A stretch of DNA of 30,444 nt from Rhodospirillaceae bacterium (GTDB lineage Bacteria; Pseudomonadota; Alphaproteobacteria; UBA8366; GCA-2717185): contig JAPPPC010000364.1 of NCBI GenBank assembly GCA_028817685.1, positions 1-30,444 on the forward strand, read 5' to 3'. Under the pieces are notes generated by a model that saw nothing but the letters and a program-made list of their open reading frames with translations, was not told where the DNA came from and did not search any database. Made by a program: the position numbers and the translations under genes. This document shows positions 9,456 to 18,711 of this stretch, one piece after another. The first letter of the stretch is position 1. The number at the start of each line of letters is the position of its first letter.

Positions 9456-10544
9456 ATGACCGAAGTCCAACTTCACGAATCCGGCGAACGGATACCGATT
9501 TCTGTACTCACCGGCTTCCTGGGCAGCGGCAAGACGACCTTGCTGTCGCGCCTGCTGCGCGACCCCGCGATGAGCGACACGGCCGTCGTTATCAACGAGT
9601 TCGGCGAAGTCGGTCTGGATCACATGCTGGTCGAGTCGTCGAGCGACGATGTGATCGTGATGGATAGCGGCTGTCTTTGTTGCACGATCCGCAGCGATTT
9701 GGTCGACACGCTGCGCAGCCTGTTCCGCCGCCGGGTGACCGGCGAGATCCCGGATTTTGCGCGGCTGGTCATCGAAACGACAGGCCTGGCCGATCCCGCC
9801 CCGATCCTGCACACCTTGATGACGGACCCGCTATTGGCGGCACGCTATAGGCTGGACGCCGTCATCACGACAGTGGACGGCGTCAACGCATTCAATCAGT
9901 TGGATACCCAATTTGAGCCGATCAAACAGGCCGCGGTCGCGGACCGGCTGCTCATAACCAAACGCGACCTGATCGATGAGGACAAAACGGCAGCGCTGAC
10001 CGAGAGGCTGCGCGCGATAAACCCCGCCGCGCCCATTCACCCGATCACGCAAGGCGCGGTCGACCCGGACACGCTATTCGGCGCCGGCCTGTACGACCCC
10101 GAAACCAAATCTCCGGATGTCGCCCGCTGGCTCAAGGAAGAGGCCTACGCGGCAGCGCATGACGACCAACATCACCATCACGGTAGCGACGCCCATGATG
10201 GTCATCACCTTCATGAAGACGTCAATCGCCATGATGACCGTATCCGGTCCTTTTGCCTGACGTCGGAGACGCGCATGCCCTGGGACGCGTTCGCGGACTG
10301 GATGGAAGCCCTGATCTCGACCCATGGCGAAGCCTTGCTGCGAATAAAAGGCATTCTTCACGTCACGGATACGGACAATCCGGTGGCGGTGCACGGCGTG
10401 CAGCATATCTTTCATCCGCCGGCGATGCTGGACGCTTGGCCCGACGAGGACCGGCGCAGCCGTATCGTGATGATTACCCGCGATCTCAATCGGGAGCCCG
10501 TCGAGCAAATGTTCCGTGCCTTCGTCGAAGCGAACCAAATGTGA
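9456..10544 (+). CDS. COG0523 / CobW-family G3E GTPase (putative zinc metallochaperone)
   Basis: TGFLGSGKTT, NEFGE, GCLCC (CxCC), ETTGLADP, a His-rich linker and a CobW_C-like C-terminus. Confidence 0.93.
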   Translation: MTEVQLHESGERIPISVLTGFLGSGKTTLLSRLLRDPAMSDTAVVINEFGEVGLDHMLVESSSDDVIVMDSGCLCCTIRSDLVDTLRSLFRRRVTGEIPDFARLVIETTGLADPAPILHTLMTDPLLAARYRLDAVITTVDGVNAFNQLDTQFEPIKQAAVADRLLITKRDLIDEDKTAALTERLRAINPAAPIHPITQGAVDPDTLFGAGLYDPETKSPDVARWLKEEAYAAAHDDQHHHHGSDAHDGHHLHEDVNRHDDRIRSFCLTSETRMPWDAFADWMEALISTHGEALLRIKGILHVTDTDNPVAVHGVQHIFHPPAMLDAWPDEDRRSRIVMITRDLNREPVEQMFRAFVEANQM

Positions 10545-11158
10545 GCGAGACTTCTGCCCCGCGTACCGTTGTTTTCGACCTCGGCGGCGTGCTGATCGAC
10601 TGGAATCCGCGCCACCTGTACCGCAAGATGTTCGACGATGAAGCCGAGATGGAACGGTTTCTTCGCGAAATTTGCAGCAATGCGTGGAACCTCCAGATGG
10701 ATCGCGGGATGCCATTCGAAGAGGGCGTCGCGACATTGTCGCAGAAACACCCCGATATGGCCCCTTACATCGAGGCTTTCTGGATTCGCTGGGAGGAGAT
10801 GATCGAGGGCGCGATAGACGGCACCGTGGAAATCCTGAAGCAGTTGTATGCGAGAGACGTTCCGCTATATGCGCTGAGCAACTGGTCCGCCCAGACCTGG
10901 CCCTTTGCCCGCGACCGGTTCACGTTCCTCGAACTGTTCAAAGGGCTGGTCATATCCGGCTTTGAGGGCACGATGAAACCGGAAGAAAAAATCTTCCGTA
11001 TTCTTCTGGAACGCCACGACATCGACCCGGCGACCGCCGTCTTCATCGACGACCGGGTGGAGAACGTTGCGGTCGCGGAACGGCTTGGAATTCGCGGCGT
11101 TCATTTTACCGGCCCGGCCGAACTTTCTGCCAACCTGTCGCGTATGGGTCTGCTCTGA
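10541..11158 (+). CDS. HAD-superfamily hydrolase/phosphatase
   Basis: VFDLGGVLIDW motif I, ALSN, KPE and FIDD motifs. The GTG start overlaps the upstream TGA (GTGA). Confidence 0.88.
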   Translation: MSETSAPRTVVFDLGGVLIDWNPRHLYRKMFDDEAEMERFLREICSNAWNLQMDRGMPFEEGVATLSQKHPDMAPYIEAFWIRWEEMIEGAIDGTVEILKQLYARDVPLYALSNWSAQTWPFARDRFTFLELFKGLVISGFEGTMKPEEKIFRILLERHDIDPATAVFIDDRVENVAVAERLGIRGVHFTGPAELSANLSRMGLL

Positions 11159-11188
11159 ACCGTTGCGTCAACCGCGGTTAACGGGAAG

Positions 11189-11217
11189 TTGACAGGGTTC
11201 CGGCAAGTGCGGATACT
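11189..11217 (+). promoter_or_regulatory. sigma70-type promoter of the argD-argF-hslO operon
   Basis: TTGACA (11189-11194), 17-nt spacer, GATACT (11212-11217); GGGAGG SD before ATG 11272. Confidence 0.7.
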
Positions 11218-11271
11218 CCGCGCCTTTCGCAACGGAAACGCCGATTACTGGCATATTTGGGAGGCTCTGCG

Positions 11272-12450
11272 ATGTCCGCAGTAATGTCGACATATGGTCG
11301 TTACGATTTGGAGTTCGAAAGAGGCGAAGGCCCCTATCTCTTCACGACCGACGGACGACGATTCCTCGATTTTGCGGCCGGCATTGCCGTCAATTCACTG
11401 GGCCATTCCCACCCGCATCTGGTGAAGACGTTGCAGGATCAGGCAGCCAAGCTGTGGCATGTCTCGAACCTCTACAATATTCCCGACCAAACCCGATTGG
11501 CCGACCGGCTGGCCGAAGCGACATTCGCCGATAAGGTGTTCTTCTGCAGCACCGGGCTGGAAGCGATGGAAGGCGCGATCAAACTGTGCCGCCGTTATCA
11601 CTTCGCCAATGGCGCACCGGAGCGCTGGCGCGTCGTGACGGTCGAAGGTGCATTCCATGGCCGTTCGTTGGCGACCATCGCCGCGGCGAAGAACGAGAAG
11701 CATCTGGAGGGCTTCGGCCCGCCGTCGGACGGTTTCGATCAAGTGCCCTTCAACAATCTGAACGAACTGCGCAACGCCATCGGGCCAGAAACCGCAGCGA
11801 TCGCGTTTGAACCCATTCAGGGCGAAGGCGGTATCCGCCCGGCGGACCTGGATTATCTGCGCAGCCTGCGGGAAATCGCCGACGAGTTCGGTGTGCTTCT
11901 GTTGTTCGACGAGGTGCAGTGCGGCTATGGCCGGACCGGCAAACTCTTCGCCCATGAATGGGCCGGTATTACGCCCGATGTCATGGCGATCGCGAAGGGT
12001 CTCGGCAGCGGCTTCCCGATCGGTGCCGTCATGGCAACCGAAGAGGCGGCGAAGGGCATGGTACCCGGGACCCATGGAAGCACCTTCGGTGGCAACCCGC
12101 TCGCCGTCTCCGTCGGCAACGCCGTGCTCGATGTGCTGCTCGAAGACGGTTTCCTGGATGGCGTCGAAAAGAAAGGCAAAATTTTGTGGGATCGCTTGAG
12201 CGAGGTCGTGAGCCGCTATCCGGAGGTCTATGAATCGGTTCGCGGTGCCGGTCTGATGGTCGGCATCAAGTGCGTCGTCCCGGCGGGCGACGTTGTCGTC
12301 GCATTCCAGAAAGAAGGGATGCTGACTGTCCCGGCCGGCGAGAATGTGGCGCGTCTGTTGCCCCCGTTGAACATCGAAGAGAGCCATATCGACGAAGCGA
12401 TCGAAATCGTTGACCGGGTCGGAAAAAACTGGGCCGCGGGCGATGGCTGA
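11272..12450 (+). CDS. argD: Acetylornithine aminotransferase
   Basis: [36 protein letters not shown] (PLP lysine) and [10 protein letters not shown]. Confidence 0.96.
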   Translation: MSAVMSTYGRYDLEFERGEGPYLFTTDGRRFLDFAAGIAVNSLGHSHPHLVKTLQDQAAKLWHVSNLYNIPDQTRLADRLAEATFADKVFFCSTGLEAMEGAIKLCRRYHFANGAPERWRVVTVEGAFHGRSLATIAAAKNEKHLEGFGPPSDGFDQVPFNNLNELRNAIGPETAAIAFEPIQGEGGIRPADLDYLRSLREIADEFGVLLLFDEVQCGYGRTGKLFAHEWAGITPDVMAIAKGLGSGFPIGAVMATEEAAKGMVPGTHGSTFGGNPLAVSVGNAVLDVLLEDGFLDGVEKKGKILWDRLSEVVSRYPEVYESVRGAGLMVGIKCVVPAGDVVVAFQKEGMLTVPAGENVARLLPPLNIEESHIDEAIEIVDRVGKNWAAGDG

Positions 12451-13348
12451 GCCGAAGCACTTCCTCGACATCGAGCCCTTCGATGAGGACACGCTGCGGG
12501 ACATGTTCGCCCTCAGCAGGGGGTTCAAGGACGGCACGGCCGCGAATATGCGGCCCCTGGAAGGAAAGTTCCTGGCACTGGTGTTCGAGAAGCCGTCGAC
12601 CCGCACACGGATCAGCTTCGATGTCGGCATGCGGCAGTTGGGTGGCGAAACGGTTCATCTGACCCACAGTGACGCGCAGCTTGGGCAAGGCGAAACGGTG
12701 GCCGATACGGCGCGCGTCCTTTCGCGCTTTGTTGATATTATCATGATGCGCACGACCTCACCCGATAAGCTGCACGAGATGGCGGAATACGCCTCGGTGC
12801 CGGTGATCAACGGCCTGACTGACGACACCCACCCGTGCCAGCTGATGGCGGATGTCATGACCTTTGAAGAGCACCGCGGACCGATCCGCGACCGCGTGGT
12901 CGCCTGGAGCGGTGACGGTAACAACATGGCACTGAGCTGGATCCAAGCCGCGGTTCGCTTCGATTTCGAGCTGCGTCTTGCTTGTCCGCCCGAATTGTCG
13001 CCGGATCCCGAGGCCCTTGCCTGGGCGAAAAAGCAGGGAGCGCGTGTCGAGCTGACGACGGACCCGCACGCGGCGGTCGAAGGGGCGGACTGCGTTGTCA
13101 CCGATACCTGGGTGTCGATGAACGATTCCAAAAGCGAATCCCGCCACAATCTGCTGCGCGCCTACCAGGTCGATGACAAGCTGATGGCGGAGGCGAAGTC
13201 GGACGCGATCTTCATGCACTGTTTGCCCGCCCATCGCGGCGAAGAGGTGACGGAGAGCGTGATCGACGGGCCGCAGTCGGTGGTCTGGGACGAGGCGGAA
13301 AACCGCCTGCATGCCCAGAAGGGCATCCTCGCCTGGTGTCTTTCGTGA
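12443..13348 (+). CDS. argF: Ornithine carbamoyltransferase
   Basis: [29 protein letters not shown] and HCLPAHRG motifs; overlaps the end of argD. Confidence 0.98.
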   Translation: MAEPKHFLDIEPFDEDTLRDMFALSRGFKDGTAANMRPLEGKFLALVFEKPSTRTRISFDVGMRQLGGETVHLTHSDAQLGQGETVADTARVLSRFVDIIMMRTTSPDKLHEMAEYASVPVINGLTDDTHPCQLMADVMTFEEHRGPIRDRVVAWSGDGNNMALSWIQAAVRFDFELRLACPPELSPDPEALAWAKKQGARVELTTDPHAAVEGADCVVTDTWVSMNDSKSESRHNLLRAYQVDDKLMAEAKSDAIFMHCLPAHRGEEVTESVIDGPQSVVWDEAENRLHAQKGILAWCLS

Positions 13349-14247
13349 CAGAGGCGACGCTGCCCGAGGGCGCCGACGATTTCATACGGCCGTTCATGAT
13401 CGATGCGAATGGGCTGCACGGCCGGCTTGTCCGGCTCGGTCCGGCATTGGATACGCCCTTGTCCGCACACGACTACCCGCAAGCCGTGGCCGAACTTCTC
13501 GGCGAATCCTTGGCGTTGGTTTCAGGCCTGTCCGCAGGGTTGAAATTCGACGGGGTCTTCAGTCTTCAGGCGCGTGGCGACGGACCGGTTAAAATGCTGG
13601 TCGCCGATGTAACGACGGACGGCGCCATTCGCGGCTTCGCCGACGTGCGCGACCCAATCCCTGAAGATTCGGCCGATGCGCCCGTACCGCGGCTGATCGG
13701 CGCCGGCCGTCTCGCCTTTACGGTGGATCAAGGCCCGGATACCGAGCAACACCAGGGCATTGTCGACCTGCAAGGCGCCAGCCTGGCGGATTGCGTCCAC
13801 CATTACTTCCAGCAATCGAGCCAATACACCGCTGCGGTCAAGCTCGCCTGCCGCCACGATAGTAAGAATGGCTGGCGTGGCGGCGCACTGGTGTTGCAGC
13901 GCCTGCCGGAGGACGAAAAACCCTTCGAGCGGGAGCGGTTGGAAGAAGGATGGCGCAAGGCGTTGGCGATGATGGGAAGCTGTACGCCGGAAGAGCTCTG
14001 CGATATCGGTCTCGATGCGGACGCGCTGCTTTTTCGCCTGTTTCATGAGGACGGTGTGCGTGTCTTCCCGGAGCGGCCACTTCGGTTCTCCTGCAAATGT
14101 TCGCCCGCCCGCATGCAGGCAGCGGTCTCGATGTTGAGTCCGGAAGAGCGCGAAGAGATGACGATCGATGGAAAAATCATCGTCACCTGCCAATTTTGCA
14201 ATGCGGAGCAGAGTTTCGACCCGGCTGCCCTGTCGCCACCGACTTGA
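13345..14247 (+). CDS. hslO: Hsp33 redox-regulated chaperone
   Basis: [17 protein letters not shown] and the C-terminal zinc switch CKC...CQFC; GTGA overlap with the argF stop. Confidence 0.93.
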   Translation: MTEATLPEGADDFIRPFMIDANGLHGRLVRLGPALDTPLSAHDYPQAVAELLGESLALVSGLSAGLKFDGVFSLQARGDGPVKMLVADVTTDGAIRGFADVRDPIPEDSADAPVPRLIGAGRLAFTVDQGPDTEQHQGIVDLQGASLADCVHHYFQQSSQYTAAVKLACRHDSKNGWRGGALVLQRLPEDEKPFERERLEEGWRKALAMMGSCTPEELCDIGLDADALLFRLFHEDGVRVFPERPLRFSCKCSPARMQAAVSMLSPEEREEMTIDGKIIVTCQFCNAEQSFDPAALSPPT

Positions 14248-14311
14248 AGCGGCATTGCCGCCCCCGCATATTGCAGGGGCGCACTACAACTGAACTACAG
14301 AGGAATTGTTC

Positions 14312-14899
14312 ATGCGGCTCAACTCGTTCCGGACCGCTTGCGTCGTTGCATTGTTCACGTTGACCGCCTGCGTGACCGCCGGACCGCAGCCGTCTTATCC
14401 GGAGATCACATTCTCGCACCTGCCGCCCATTGAACTGAAGGTCGCGGAAATCGTTTACGAACCGCGATATCAACCGCCCATCGCCGCGCCGAACATCGGC
14501 CACGAATTTCCGACACCGCCCGCGAAAGCGGTGGAACGCTGGATTTCCGACCGGCTGAAGGCGGTCGGGACGGTCGGGCAGGCGAAGATCGTGATCCGGC
14601 GCGCGACCGGGACCGAAACCAAATTGAAGGTGACGAAAGGGCTAACCGGCGCCTTCACTACGGATCAGGCCTGGCGCTATGACGCGCATGTCGAAGTGGC
14701 GATCGAAGCCGTGGATCCCAATCGAAAGATCACCGCTCAGGCCAGCGCGGCAGCGCAGCAAAGCCGCACGATGCCGGAAGATGCCAGCCTCTCCGAGCGG
14801 GAAGATATCTGGTTTGCGTTGACCGAGACCGTCATGCGTAAATTCGACACGGCGTTTGAAGCCCAGATTCGCAAGGATCTCGCGAAACTCATAAAATGA
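14312..14899 (+). CDS. Putative lipoprotein of unknown function
   Basis: N-terminal signal with lipobox LTAC; GAGGA SD upstream; ATGA overlap at the 3' end with the long form of the bolA ORF. Confidence 0.7.
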   Translation: MRLNSFRTACVVALFTLTACVTAGPQPSYPEITFSHLPPIELKVAEIVYEPRYQPPIAAPNIGHEFPTPPAKAVERWISDRLKAVGTVGQAKIVIRRATGTETKLKVTKGLTGAFTTDQAWRYDAHVEVAIEAVDPNRKITAQASAAAQQSRTMPEDASLSEREDIWFALTETVMRKFDTAFEAQIRKDLAKLIK

Positions 14900-14931
14900 C
14901 GCCGAAGAATTCGGCGACAGGAGACAAGACC

Positions 14932-15252
14932 ATGACAGTGCAGGCCGATATCGAACAGAAGCTCGCGGAAACGCTTACGCCCGCCCATCTGGAAGTCATC
15001 AACGAAAGCCACATGCACAACGTGCCGCCCGGCTCGGAATCGCATTTCAAGGTCGTCATCGTGACGGACGCCTTCGACGGCATTTCGCGGGTTCGCCGCC
15101 ATCAACAGGTGAACGGGATCCTCGCCAAGGAGCTGAAGGAAGATATTCACGCGCTATCCATGCAAACCATGACACCCGACGAATGGACGGCCCGCGGCGG
15201 CCAGGTCATGGCGTCACCGGAATGCCTGGGCGGCAGCAAGCACGACAAATAG
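14932..15252 (+). CDS. bolA: BolA-family protein
   Basis: LEVINESHMHNVPPGSESHFKVVIV...RVRRHQQV...IHAL; AGGAGA SD before ATG 14932. Confidence 0.95.
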   Translation: MTVQADIEQKLAETLTPAHLEVINESHMHNVPPGSESHFKVVIVTDAFDGISRVRRHQQVNGILAKELKEDIHALSMQTMTPDEWTARGGQVMASPECLGGSKHDK

Positions 15253-15324
15253 ACATTTGCCGGTAACGGCAACACACGCATCGGCGCGCGCGGCGCGCCA
15301 TCATTTATTCAGGGAGGACTCAAC

Positions 15325-15957
15325 ATGACCATCGACTTGTACACCTGGGCCACGCCGAACGGCCGCAAAGCGTCCGTGATGCTCGAGGAGGTCGGCCTCC
15401 CCTATACGGAACATGCGATCAACATCAGCAAGGGCGACCAATTCGAGCCGGAGTTCCTGAAAATTTCACCGAACAACAGGATCCCCGCCATCGTCGACCC
15501 AGACGGACCGGACGGCAGCCCAATCTCGGTTTTCGAGACCGGCGCTATTCTGATCTATCTCGGTGAAAAGACAGGCAAGTTCATTCCGACCGATGCGCGC
15601 AAGCGGGTCGCCGCGATGGAATGGCTGATGTGGCAAATGGGCGGCTTCGGTCCGATGCTGGGACAGGCCCACCATTTTCTCGGCCTCGACACCGAGGTGC
15701 CTTATGGCAGCGAACGCTATGTCAAGGAATCGCACCGGCTTTACGGCGTGATGGACCGGCGTCTGGCGGACAATGAGTATCTTGCCGGGGACGAATACTC
15801 GATCGCCGACATCGCCTGCTATCCGTGGGCGCACCGCCATCCGCGGCACAAGGTCGATATTTCCCAGTTCGAGAATGTGCAGCGCTGGTATGACGCGGTC
15901 GGCGCGCGGCCAGCCGTACAAAAGGGCATGCCGACCCTCGGCGGCATCAATATGTAG
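15325..15957 (+). CDS. Glutathione S-transferase, Nu class (YfcG/YghU-like)
   Basis: N-terminal TPNG, NNRIPAIVD, FETGAILIYL and YSIADIA; GGGAGG SD. Confidence 0.88.
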   Translation: MTIDLYTWATPNGRKASVMLEEVGLPYTEHAINISKGDQFEPEFLKISPNNRIPAIVDPDGPDGSPISVFETGAILIYLGEKTGKFIPTDARKRVAAMEWLMWQMGGFGPMLGQAHHFLGLDTEVPYGSERYVKESHRLYGVMDRRLADNEYLAGDEYSIADIACYPWAHRHPRHKVDISQFENVQRWYDAVGARPAVQKGMPTLGGINM

Positions 15958-15972
15958 CCGGGGAGCGCCACA

Positions 15973-16755
15973 ATGCGTTACGCACGGTTCGAAAAGGACG
16001 GCACGATCGCCTGCGGCATTGTCGAGGGCGATACCATCAAGGTCATCACAGGCGAAATCCTCGACGGCGGGACACCGACCGGGGAAACCCATGCGCTGGA
16101 CAGCGTCCAACTGCTGCCACCGATCATTCCGGAAACCTTTTATGCCGCCGGCTTGAACTATGTCGCTCACATTAAGGAGCAAGCGGAGTCGCGGGGGGCG
16201 AAACCGAACATTCCGGAAAAACCGGATATCGGCTATCGCGCCAACAATGCGCTGATCGGCCATAACGAAACCATCGTCATTCCGAAAGACGCCACCGACT
16301 TGGTGGAATACGAAGCGGAGTTGGTGGTGGTGATCGGCAAACAGGCGAAGCACCTGTCGGAAGCGGACGCGCTGTCCTGCGTCTTCGGCTACACCATCGG
16401 CAACGATGTCAGCGAGCGGACCTGGCAACGGGGCGACCGCACCTTTTGGCGCGGCAAGAACGCCGACACGTTCAAGCCGATGGGCCCCTGGATCGAAACC
16501 GACCTCGACCTCGACAGTCTCGAGACAACGGTGCGACTGAATGGCGAAGAGACGATCCGGTTCGAGACCAACAACATGCTGTTCGGGGTCGAACGCTATA
16601 TCAGCGCCATGTCAAAGTATCTGACGCTCTATCCCGGCGACGTGATCTGGATGGGCACCGAGGGCAAGTCGCCGCAGATGAAGCATGGTGACGTGTGCGA
16701 GATCGATATCACGGGCATCGGCACCTTGCGCAACCCGGTCGTGCGTGAGAGCTAA
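15973..16755 (+). CDS. Fumarylacetoacetate (FAH) hydrolase family protein
   Basis: GLNYVAH, EYEAELVVVIGK, GYTIGNDVSER, GKNADTFKPMGPW and LYPGDVIWMGT. Confidence 0.9.
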   Translation: MRYARFEKDGTIACGIVEGDTIKVITGEILDGGTPTGETHALDSVQLLPPIIPETFYAAGLNYVAHIKEQAESRGAKPNIPEKPDIGYRANNALIGHNETIVIPKDATDLVEYEAELVVVIGKQAKHLSEADALSCVFGYTIGNDVSERTWQRGDRTFWRGKNADTFKPMGPWIETDLDLDSLETTVRLNGEETIRFETNNMLFGVERYISAMSKYLTLYPGDVIWMGTEGKSPQMKHGDVCEIDITGIGTLRNPVVRES

Positions 16756-17429
16756 CGCGGCGGCGTATCCAAGGTCGCGCGGGTAAAGGTTTCGATGTAA
16801 TCGAGCAGCCGGTCGGACGCCGCGCAGGCGCGATCCCGGTCCCCGTCGCCGATAGCCCGAGCGACTTCCGCGTGAAGCCGGGCGCAGAGGGGTAGGTCCG
16901 CCACCTCTTGATAGTGGATGAACCAGAACCGTCGCGACAGGGGCTGCATCAATTGCATCGCCTTGGCCGCAAATCCGTTGCGCGCCGCATCCACCGAGAG
17001 ATCGTTCAACTCCCGGTCCAGCCGCAGGAAGGATCGGTCGTCATCGGTTTCCGCGGCATGCGCCATTTCGCGGGCAATGCCTTGAAAACGCTCACGTTCA
17101 GCCTCGGTCGCTCGCTCCGCGGCATTTCCCGCGATAAGCCGCTCGACCTCCCGACGCACTTCCAGGAGCTGCAATTGCGCCCGGATATCGATCTCCGAAA
17201 TCAAGATTCCCCGGCGCGGCAGAACCACAACCAACCCCGCATGCGCCAGACGTTGCAGCGCTTCGCGGATCGGCGTACGGCCGATGCCGACATGCTCGCT
17301 CAATTGCGCTTCCGAGACGATGCTGCCGGGTTCGAGCCGCAGCATCACGATTTCCTCTTCGATCCGCTCATAGGCCAAATCGGTCAGCGAGGCATATCCT
17401 TCGGTATCGTTGGCGGAGGCGATCGCCAT
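16752..17429 (-). CDS. GntR-family transcriptional regulator (FCD domain)
   Basis: Winged HTH (SEAQLSEHVGIGRTPIREALQRL...PRRG) followed by an FCD-like domain; AAGGA SD before ATG 17429. Confidence 0.92.
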   Translation of the reverse strand: MAIASANDTEGYASLTDLAYERIEEEIVMLRLEPGSIVSEAQLSEHVGIGRTPIREALQRLAHAGLVVVLPRRGILISEIDIRAQLQLLEVRREVERLIAGNAAERATEAERERFQGIAREMAHAAETDDDRSFLRLDRELNDLSVDAARNGFAAKAMQLMQPLSRRFWFIHYQEVADLPLCARLHAEVARAIGDGDRDRACAASDRLLDYIETFTRATLDTPPR

Positions 17430-17439
17430 GGGTGAGTCC

Positions 17440-17468
17440 TTGTCGCTCTGATATATCAGCAATATAGT
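17440..17468 (+). promoter_or_regulatory. sigma70 promoter of the PhyH gene with a palindromic operator in the spacer
   Basis: TTGTCG (17440-17445), 17 nt, TATAGT (17463-17468). The perfect 12-bp palindrome CTGATATATCAG lies at 17448-17459, between the divergent gntR and phyH genes. Confidence 0.75.
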
Positions 17469-17535
17469 TCAGGGATTATCGCCGCGAAAGCGCCGACAGG
17501 TTAAACGCCGACGTCACGACCGAGGAATGACCATC

Positions 17536-18477
17536 ATGTATCCCGAACGCGTCCAGGACCATGCCCCGAGAATTCTGACCGAGACGCAACGGGACTTCTA
17601 CTTCGAGAACGGCTATGTGATGCTCGAGTCCGTGGTGCCGATGGAAACCATCGAGCGGCTTCGCGCACTGACCGACGCGATGGTGGATCGCAGCCGATCG
17701 GTCGTCACATCCGACGCGATCTTCGATCTCGAGCCTGCCCACAACGCCGACACCCCACGCTTGCGCCGCCTGTCGTCGCCCGTCGCACAGGATCCGCTTT
17801 ACTGGGAGTTCGCCTCTGAGTCGGTGATCGCCGACATCGCGGCCGATCTGGTCGGCCCGAACGTCAAATTCCATCACTCCAAGCTCAACTTCAAATGGGC
17901 CGAAGGGGGCGAGGAAGTGAAGTGGCACCAGGACATCCAGTCCTGGGCGCACACCAATTACAGCCCGCTGACCATCGGCACGTATTTGTACGATGTCGGC
18001 CCTGAGCAAGGGCCGCTGGGCGTCATTCCCGGCAGTCACAAAGGCCCCCTGTTCAGCCAGTACAACGACAAGGACCAATGGACCGGCGATATTACAGACC
18101 GGGATTTGGAGACGGTGGCGCTCGATACGGCGGAATATCTAATGGGACCGGCCGGATCGGTCACGGTGCACAATTGCTGCACCATCCACGGATCGAAACC
18201 GAATCTGTCGGATCGTGGCCGGCCGTTGCTGCTCAACGTCTACTCGGCAGCCGACGCCTTCACCTACATGCCCAACCCCTTAAATACCGAGTTCGCCGGC
18301 GCCATCGTGCGCGGCAACGCGGTCCGCGAAGCCTTCATCGACCCGCGTCCCTGCGTCATGTCGCCGGATTGGTCGAAAGGCTACACCTCGCTCTTCGCCT
18401 TGCAGCAAAAGGAACAATGGAGCGATGATCAGATGGACCGGGTCGAACGGCAGCACCGCGAGGCGGTCAGCGGCTGA
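17536..18477 (+). CDS. Phytanoyl-CoA dioxygenase (PhyH/EctD-like) Fe(II)/2-oxoglutarate dioxygenase
   Basis: FYFENGY, KLNFK, the WHQD iron motif, IPGSH, the distal HGS and R in RPLL. ATG 17536 preferred over 17527 on SD spacing. Confidence 0.88.
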   Translation: MYPERVQDHAPRILTETQRDFYFENGYVMLESVVPMETIERLRALTDAMVDRSRSVVTSDAIFDLEPAHNADTPRLRRLSSPVAQDPLYWEFASESVIADIAADLVGPNVKFHHSKLNFKWAEGGEEVKWHQDIQSWAHTNYSPLTIGTYLYDVGPEQGPLGVIPGSHKGPLFSQYNDKDQWTGDITDRDLETVALDTAEYLMGPAGSVTVHNCCTIHGSKPNLSDRGRPLLLNVYSAADAFTYMPNPLNTEFAGAIVRGNAVREAFIDPRPCVMSPDWSKGYTSLFALQQKEQWSDDQMDRVERQHREAVSG

Positions 18478-18507
18478 CCGCCCTCACTGCGGCGACTGCC
18501 AATCCGA

Positions 18508-18696
18508 TTAGCCGCAGCGCCGACAGCGAACCTTCGCGAAGATCTCGTCCCAGTCGCCATCGGTTGCCGCGTAATCCAGCAGGCAGCGCAAGGCCTTCGA
18601 CTCATCCGGCAGCTTGTAGCGTTCGGCAATCGTCTTCAGCATCTCATGTGCGTCCGGATGGACCTCGTAGCCCATCTTGACCTTTGCGCCCGCCAT
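18508..18696 (-). CDS. Small hypothetical protein (62 aa) with a C-terminal CxxC motif and a possible ribbon-helix-helix fold
   Basis: Strong GGAGG SD upstream of the ATG; starts 15 nt after the dctM stop on the same strand; ends in RCRRCG. Confidence 0.75.
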   Translation of the reverse strand: MAGAKVKMGYEVHPDAHEMLKTIAERYKLPDESKALRCLLDYAATDGDWDEIFAKVRCRRCG

Positions 18697-18711
18697 GTGA
18701 GCCGCCTCCCG

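Noticed and set aside
15257-15299. Two small hairpins (TTGCCG-GTAA-CGGCAA; GGCGCGC-GCG-GCGCGCC) between bolA and the GST gene
   Set aside because: Short stems with no U-tract; not enough support to call a terminator or ncRNA.
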